NCBI GenBank assembly: GCA_016281805.1
Contig: JAEEJJ010000130.1
Span: forward strand, 1 to 51,598
Length of the DNA stretch: 51,598 nucleotides
Reading direction: 5' to 3'
Source of the DNA: Clostridiales bacterium
Lineage (GTDB): Bacteria; Bacillota; Clostridia; Oscillospirales; UBA644
Shown: positions 46,580 through 51,598 of the stretch, one piece after another
Position numbering within the stretch: the first letter of the stretch is position 1
How the letters are laid out: the number at the start of each line of letters is the position of its first letter
The notes under the pieces: model-generated
Told to the model about the DNA's origin: nothing
Databases searched by the model: none
What the model saw: the letters and a program-made list of their open reading frames with translations, nothing else
Program-made: the position numbers and the translations under genes

Positions 46580-47452
46580 ATGGACATTTCAGTCAATATA
46601 GCCGGCGTAAAGCTTAAAAACCCAATTATTACCGCATCCGGAACATGCGGATTCGGTCGTGAAATGAATGAGATATTTCCTATTTCAGCACTCGGCGCCG
46701 TTGCAGGAAAAGGAACGACATTGAAAGCGAAAGAAGGAAATCCGTCTCCGAGAATAGCCGAAACACCGTCGGGAATGCTGAATTCCGTCGGTCTTCAAAA
46801 CCCGGGGGTTGATTATTTTATAGAAAACGAACTGCCTTTTATGAAAGATGCCGGGGCAACCGTCATTGCAAATATAGCAGGCAGCACGATTGAAGATTAT
46901 GTGGAAACGGCCCGTAAAATTTCAGCCACTGCTACTGACATGGTGGAGTTGAATATTTCATGCCCCAACGTTAAAAACGGCGGTCTTGCTTTTGGTGTTG
47001 ACCCGAAAACGGTGAGCGAAGTTACAAAAAGAGTAAAAGATGTTTTACGTCAGCCGTTGATCGTAAAACTCTCTCCGAACGTTACAAGTATAACTGATAT
47101 AGCACTTGCGGCTGAAAGCGCCGGCGCGGATGCCGTTTCGCTTATAAACACATTGCTCGGTATGAGAATAGACATAAAAACAGGAAATCCTGTGCTTGCA
47201 AATATGTTTGGCGGTCTTTCCGGCCCTGCTGTTTTGCCTGTTGCGATCAGAATGGTATATCAGGTATCACATGCCGTCAAAATTCCCGTAATAGGCATGG
47301 GCGGCATAATGAGTGCCGAAAACGTGATAGAATTTATGTATGCGGGAGCAAAGGCAGTTATGATAGGAACAGCATCGATTATCGATCCCGCCGCCCCTTA
47401 TAAAATACTGAAGGACTACGAAAAGCTATGTGAAAGCGGATTATTCAAATGA
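46580..47452 (+). CDS. pyrD: dihydroorotate dehydrogenase, class 1B catalytic subunit
   Basis: Contains LKNPIITASGTCGFG, GLQNPG and NISCPNV. No pyrK gene is adjacent. Confidence 0.88.
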   Translation: MDISVNIAGVKLKNPIITASGTCGFGREMNEIFPISALGAVAGKGTTLKAKEGNPSPRIAETPSGMLNSVGLQNPGVDYFIENELPFMKDAGATVIANIAGSTIEDYVETARKISATATDMVELNISCPNVKNGGLAFGVDPKTVSEVTKRVKDVLRQPLIVKLSPNVTSITDIALAAESAGADAVSLINTLLGMRIDIKTGNPVLANMFGGLSGPAVLPVAIRMVYQVSHAVKIPVIGMGGIMSAENVIEFMYAGAKAVMIGTASIIDPAAPYKILKDYEKLCESGLFK

Positions 47453-48225
47453 TCTCAAAAGCTGATATTGAATGCAAACTTAACGTATCCGCTAAAAAGT
47501 ATAATATTTTTTATTATGACAGCGTATCATCAACAAACACACTGCTTAGGGAAATGGCGGATAAAGGCGCAAAAGATAACAGAGTTCTTATTGCTGAAAG
47601 ACAGACCGCGGGAAAAGGCAGAATGGGAAGGAGTTTTTTTTCACCTTCCGACACCGGCATATATATAAGCATTCTGATACATACCGATAAAGAAATCAAA
47701 AATCCTGTTTTCATCACAACATATGCTGCTGTCGCGGCATGCAGGGCGATCGAAAAAGCAACAGATAAAAAACCTCTTATAAAATGGGTAAACGACATTA
47801 TTATAGACGGCAAAAAGGTGTGCGGCATACTGACAGAATCCGTATTTGAAAACGGAAAAATGAAATATGCGGTAATGGGCATAGGGTTTAATGTTTTTTA
47901 TCCCGACTCGGGATTTCCGAATGAAATCGCCGATATCGCAGGTGCCATAAGCAAAGAAAAAAAGGATCTTTTGCGTGAAGATATCGCTGCTGAATTTTTA
48001 AATCAGTTTTCTCTGACGATGGATTACGATTCTTTTTTTGACGATTATAAAAACAGAAATCTGACTATAGGGAAAAAAGTTGAAGTGATAAATACCGCAA
48101 ACGGAGACGCATATTTTGCAACAGTCAAAGACATCGATGAAAACTGCTGCCTTGTGATAAAAGACGAAGAAGGGAATACAAAAGCACTTTCCTCCGGTGA
48201 AATAAAAATAAGACTGCAACAATAA
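47449..48225 (+). CDS. birA: biotin--[acetyl-CoA-carboxylase] ligase (group I, no HTH)
   Basis: Contains QTAGKGRMGRSFFSP and KWVNDI. Its ATGA start overlaps the pyrD stop. Confidence 0.85.
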   Translation: MISKADIECKLNVSAKKYNIFYYDSVSSTNTLLREMADKGAKDNRVLIAERQTAGKGRMGRSFFSPSDTGIYISILIHTDKEIKNPVFITTYAAVAACRAIEKATDKKPLIKWVNDIIIDGKKVCGILTESVFENGKMKYAVMGIGFNVFYPDSGFPNEIADIAGAISKEKKDLLREDIAAEFLNQFSLTMDYDSFFDDYKNRNLTIGKKVEVINTANGDAYFATVKDIDENCCLVIKDEEGNTKALSSGEIKIRLQQ

Positions 48226-48246
48226 TGAACCGCAGAAGTAAAACAT

Positions 48247-48296
48247 AAAAAAGACTTTCGAATACATAATGATGTTTTCGAAAGTCTTATTTTTAT
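48247..48296. terminator. bidirectional terminator between convergent birA and hemW
   Basis: A 12-bp stem, AAGACTTTCGAA / TTCGAAAGTCTT, flanked by A- and T-runs. Confidence 0.8.
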
Positions 48297-48305
48297 CTGT
48301 CGATA

Positions 48306-49400
48306 TTACATTAATTCGGATATTATTCTGTTTGACAACAAAAAACCGCGGTCAGTAAGAGAAATGCCTCCGCTTTCGTTCTTTACAGCAAGAGATGAAT
48401 CAAGAAGATAATCAACAAACCGTTTTTTTTCGTCATTTTTGCATATTTCATCAAGTGTTTTTCTGTCAATTCCGTCTGACAGACGAAGAGCAAGCATTAT
48501 TTTTTCCGACCTCAGCTCTTCGTCGGTAAGCACTTCTTCAACGAATGGAGATACGATGCCGTTATTTGTGATATATTCATTTACGGAACAGTTGATCCTG
48601 TATCTGTTTTTACCGTCAAAGCCACAGGAGGACGGCCCGAAAGCAAGATATTTTTCCTGAGTCCAATAGCTCATATTATGACGGCATCTGAAGCCTTGTT
48701 TTGCAAAATTAGATATTTCGTAATGCTCGTATCCTGCCTTTTCAAGAAATTCACATGTTAAAAGATATGCATCATCAGATAATTCATCAGTTACAGGTGC
48801 AAAGTTATCAAAAAAGGGCGTTCCCTCCTCGGGAGTGAGTATATATGCGGAAATATGCTCGGGAGAAAGTGATATTGCCTTTTCAATTGTGGATTTCAGT
48901 TTATTCAGATGCTCACGAGAGGGAAGCGCAAGCATCAGATCTATATTGATATTATCTGCGCCTGCATTTCTGAGACTTCTAAAGGCATCTACAGCCTGAG
49001 ATGATGTATGCACTCTGCCGAGCAATGAAAGCTCTTCGTCATCAAAAGACTGAACGCCCATACTGAATCGTGTAAAGCGGTCCGCAAGCCCGTTATCCAA
49101 CAGGTTACTAACGCTGTCCGGATTGATTTCAGTTGTAATTTCTGCAGAAGAAATATCAAATACAGTATCGATCGCATTCAATATGCGCGTATACTGTTGC
49201 GGCGACAGGATAGACGGCGTTCCTCCGCCAAAAAAAACAGAAGTCAGTTTACACCCTTTATTATCGGAATGACGGATCTGATTTTCAAGAGCCGCAACAT
49301 ATTCTTCGATAGTCTGCGCGGATGCGCTTGCAGAGTAAAAGGCACAGTAGCTGCATTTTTTTTTGCAAAACGGAATATGGATATATGCAGATAAAGACAC
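48306..49400 (-). CDS. hemW: radical SAM heme chaperone HemW (HemN-like)
   Basis: Contains YIHIPFCKKKCSYCAF and GGGTPS. 364 aa. Confidence 0.85.
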   Translation of the reverse strand: MSLSAYIHIPFCKKKCSYCAFYSASASAQTIEEYVAALENQIRHSDNKGCKLTSVFFGGGTPSILSPQQYTRILNAIDTVFDISSAEITTEINPDSVSNLLDNGLADRFTRFSMGVQSFDDEELSLLGRVHTSSQAVDAFRSLRNAGADNINIDLMLALPSREHLNKLKSTIEKAISLSPEHISAYILTPEEGTPFFDNFAPVTDELSDDAYLLTCEFLEKAGYEHYEISNFAKQGFRCRHNMSYWTQEKYLAFGPSSCGFDGKNRYRINCSVNEYITNNGIVSPFVEEVLTDEELRSEKIMLALRLSDGIDRKTLDEICKNDEKKRFVDYLLDSSLAVKNESGGISLTDRGFLLSNRIISELM

Positions 49401-51314
49401 TTATATGTCCTCCTCAAGAAGCTTTTCCCATTCGGTATAGAGAGAGTTGTAATTATCTGCAATATCTGCGATCTGCTGAGAAATTTCAAGCATTTTTTCG
49501 TAATCATCAGCAAGAGAACCATCAGAAAGCTTGTTTTCGAGAGCATGTTTTTCGGAATCCATTTTTTCAAGCTCGACTTCGATTTTGGCAATTCTTGTTT
49601 TGCGCTTTCTCTTTTCTGAATCTTCCGCTTTTTTTCGATAATAATCGTTATCCTTAGAAGCAACCGACTGAGTTGTCGGCACGAGCTGTTTCTTTTTTTC
49701 CAATGCCGAAAGATAATCCGAATAGCCGCCTGTATAGTGAACAACAGTGCTTCCCCTGCCCGTTTCATCACTTTCCATCGCATATATCTGGGTTGCAAGC
49801 TTATTAATAAAATAACGGTCATGTGAAACGATAAGCATCGTTCCGTCGTAGCCAAGCAAAGCATCTTCGAGAGCTTCTTTGGAGGCGATATCGAGATGGT
49901 TCGTCGGTTCGTCGAGGATCAAAAAATTAGTTTTGGAAAGCATAAGTTTTGCGAGTTCAACGCGTGCTCGTTCTCCGCCGCTGAGTTTCGATATTTCTTT
50001 GAATACCTCATCGCCTCTGAAAAGAAATGTACCGAGAGCGGACCGAATTTGTCCGTTTGTCATTGCAGGAAATGAGTCGGATATTTCATCAAAAATCGTT
50101 TTGGACATGTCAAGTCCGCTGATATTCTGATCGTAATATCCGTATTGGACACGGGCACCTTTTACGCATGTGCCTGTTGTAGGTATTTGTTCGCCGGTTA
50201 TTATGCGAAAAAGAGTTGTTTTTCCGCATCCGTTAGGACCGACTATAAAAGCGCGGTCTTTTGCTTTAATAAGCATATTGACATTGGAAAAAAGCGTTCG
50301 ATCTCCGAAACGCTGTGAAATATTATCGAGAATAAGGGCATCCTGCCCTGTTTCGGAGCATGCCCTGAATGAAAAAGATACATGATCAGGATCTTTATCA
50401 GGTTCAACGACAGTTGCTTTGATATGTTCTATCTGTTTTTGTTTCGATTTTACAGTAACAAAGTTTCTTTCCTGTCCAAAGCGCTTTTGCTGCTCAATAA
50501 TACCTTCTATACGCTCGATCTCTTTTTGTTTTTTTTCGTATTCACGTTCGGCGGTCAGTTTATCGAGTGTTTTCTGTTCTTTGAATTTTGTGTAGTTGCC
50601 CTTATACTCACGCAGCGTTTCATTTTCGATTTCAAACATTTTATTGCATATTTTATCGAGAAAATACCTGTCATGCGAAATCACCATTACAGCGCCTTTA
50701 TATGACGAAAGAAAATCTTCCAGCCACTGGATAGCATTTATATCGAGATGGTTTGTAGGTTCGTCAAGCAAAAGAAGATCTGAGCCAGAAAGAAGGATCT
50801 TTGCAAGAAGAACCCTTGTTCGCTGTCCTCCCGACAGTTTTTCGAGGGGCAAAGACAATTCACTTTCAAGAAAACCGAGTCCGAGAAGAGTTGCCCTGCA
50901 ACGGCTTTTATATGTCATTCCGCCTTCGGAAATATAGCGTTCAGTAAGTTTATGCTGTGCCTCAAGCCACGATTTGTCGGGATATAATTCGAGCTTTTTA
51001 TTTATATTTTCGAGCTCGGTCTCCATTTCTGAAAAATGTGAAAAAAGAGATAAAACCTCTTCCATCGGAGTTTTTTGAGAGGTGTAATCACTATGCTGCG
51101 CCATATATGACATCAAAAGACGGCGTTCTTTGATGACGGAACCGGACTCATATTCTTCAAGTCCCATCAGAATGCGAAAAAGCGTTGTTTTTCCGCATCC
51201 GTTCACGCCGACAACACCGATCTTATCATTGCTTTCGACGCGAAATGAAACATCGGAAAAAACTGTTCTTACTGAAAAAGATTTTGTAAGTCCGAAAACG
51301 GAAAGAATACTCAT
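49401..51314 (-). CDS. ABC-F family ATPase (translation-associated type), two NBDs and charged C-terminal arm
   Basis: Two Walker A motifs (GVNGCGKTT and GPNGCGKTT), two LSGG motifs, no TM domain, and a Lys/Glu-rich linker and tail. Confidence 0.85.
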   Translation of the reverse strand: MSILSVFGLTKSFSVRTVFSDVSFRVESNDKIGVVGVNGCGKTTLFRILMGLEEYESGSVIKERRLLMSYMAQHSDYTSQKTPMEEVLSLFSHFSEMETELENINKKLELYPDKSWLEAQHKLTERYISEGGMTYKSRCRATLLGLGFLESELSLPLEKLSGGQRTRVLLAKILLSGSDLLLLDEPTNHLDINAIQWLEDFLSSYKGAVMVISHDRYFLDKICNKMFEIENETLREYKGNYTKFKEQKTLDKLTAEREYEKKQKEIERIEGIIEQQKRFGQERNFVTVKSKQKQIEHIKATVVEPDKDPDHVSFSFRACSETGQDALILDNISQRFGDRTLFSNVNMLIKAKDRAFIVGPNGCGKTTLFRIITGEQIPTTGTCVKGARVQYGYYDQNISGLDMSKTIFDEISDSFPAMTNGQIRSALGTFLFRGDEVFKEISKLSGGERARVELAKLMLSKTNFLILDEPTNHLDIASKEALEDALLGYDGTMLIVSHDRYFINKLATQIYAMESDETGRGSTVVHYTGGYSDYLSALEKKKQLVPTTQSVASKDNDYYRKKAEDSEKRKRKTRIAKIEVELEKMDSEKHALENKLSDGSLADDYEKMLEISQQIADIADNYNSLYTEWEKLLEEDI

Positions 51315-51598
51315 TTTACAACCTGTTTTTTACTGAAAATTCCTGTAACGATCAAAACGGCAACTAATCCTACGGCAAGCGCTGCAACCGACGCTATTAT
51401 CATAACAACATCGGATGGCAATCCGACGTAAATATCTTTCACAGAGGCGACAACAAAGCCTAAAATAGCTGAATAGGACTGAGAGGGGTATTTTTTCAGC
51501 AGAAAATCAAAAAGCCTTATAAGCGCCAGGAGCGCTATTGCGGTAGGAACGCCGACTGACAGCAAAAAAATGAAATCCAAAGATGAAAGAGCCTGATA
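51311..51598 (-). CDS. C-terminal part of a polytopic membrane protein (DUF368-like?); continues past the window edge
   Basis: The frame is open to the window edge and the sequence is hydrophobic. It overlaps the ABC-F start by 4 nt. Confidence 0.4.
   Translation of the reverse strand, partial: YQALSSLDFIFLLSVGVPTAIALLALIRLFDFLLKKYPSQSYSAILGFVVASVKDIYVGLPSDVVMIIASVAALAVGLVAVLIVTGIFSKKQVVK

Overview
This 51.6-kb window looks like chromosomal DNA from a low-GC Firmicutes/Clostridia-type anaerobe. That assignment is an inference from TTGACA-17-TATAAT promoters, strong GGAGG ribosome-binding sites, ECF S-components and a DHHW protein. Most of it is ordinary core and carbohydrate metabolism:
- An L-box-controlled lysine operon (asd-dapA-dapB-ACT) on the minus strand.
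- queA and tgt.
- Glycan and sugar genes: two GH127/DUF1680-like hydrolases, a DUF4838-like hydrolase, fucI, galK, araB and two paralogous orphan solute-binding lipoproteins.
- xpt followed by a BMP-family nucleoside ABC transporter.
- A TPP-riboswitch-controlled thiT-like gene, a CDF transporter, mreB and a PBP5-type carboxypeptidase.
- yerC-rseP-ispG-pyrD-birA, and hemW with an ABC-F ATPase.

I found no rRNA, tRNA, CRISPR array, transposase or integrase.

The one clearly accessory segment is a ~5-kb island (about 7787-12750) between queA and tgt, two genes that are normally adjacent. It looks like the eroded stump of a prophage or ICE that kept only conflict-type cargo:
- A RelA/SpoT-synthetase-like ORF, a 79-aa ORF and a complete small-alarmone-hydrolase-like HD gene.
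- A tightly packed operon of two paralogous ParB/Srx-domain proteins, a composite GNAT-like protein and a 79-aa ORF.
- A toxin-like domain fused in frame to a CPCC zinc-ribbon module that still has its own Shine-Dalgarno and ATG.
- Decayed DUF2213-like and DUF4314-like fragments.

Near-consensus, mutually similar promoters punctuate the island. A ~50-nt promoter-like segment recurs in frame in two different genes, and the last promoter reads into tgt. My best reading is a collection of phage polyvalent / MuF-type polymorphic-toxin cassettes that includes a candidate alarmone toxin/antidote module. All domain calls come from motif recognition by eye and need HMM or structure confirmation.
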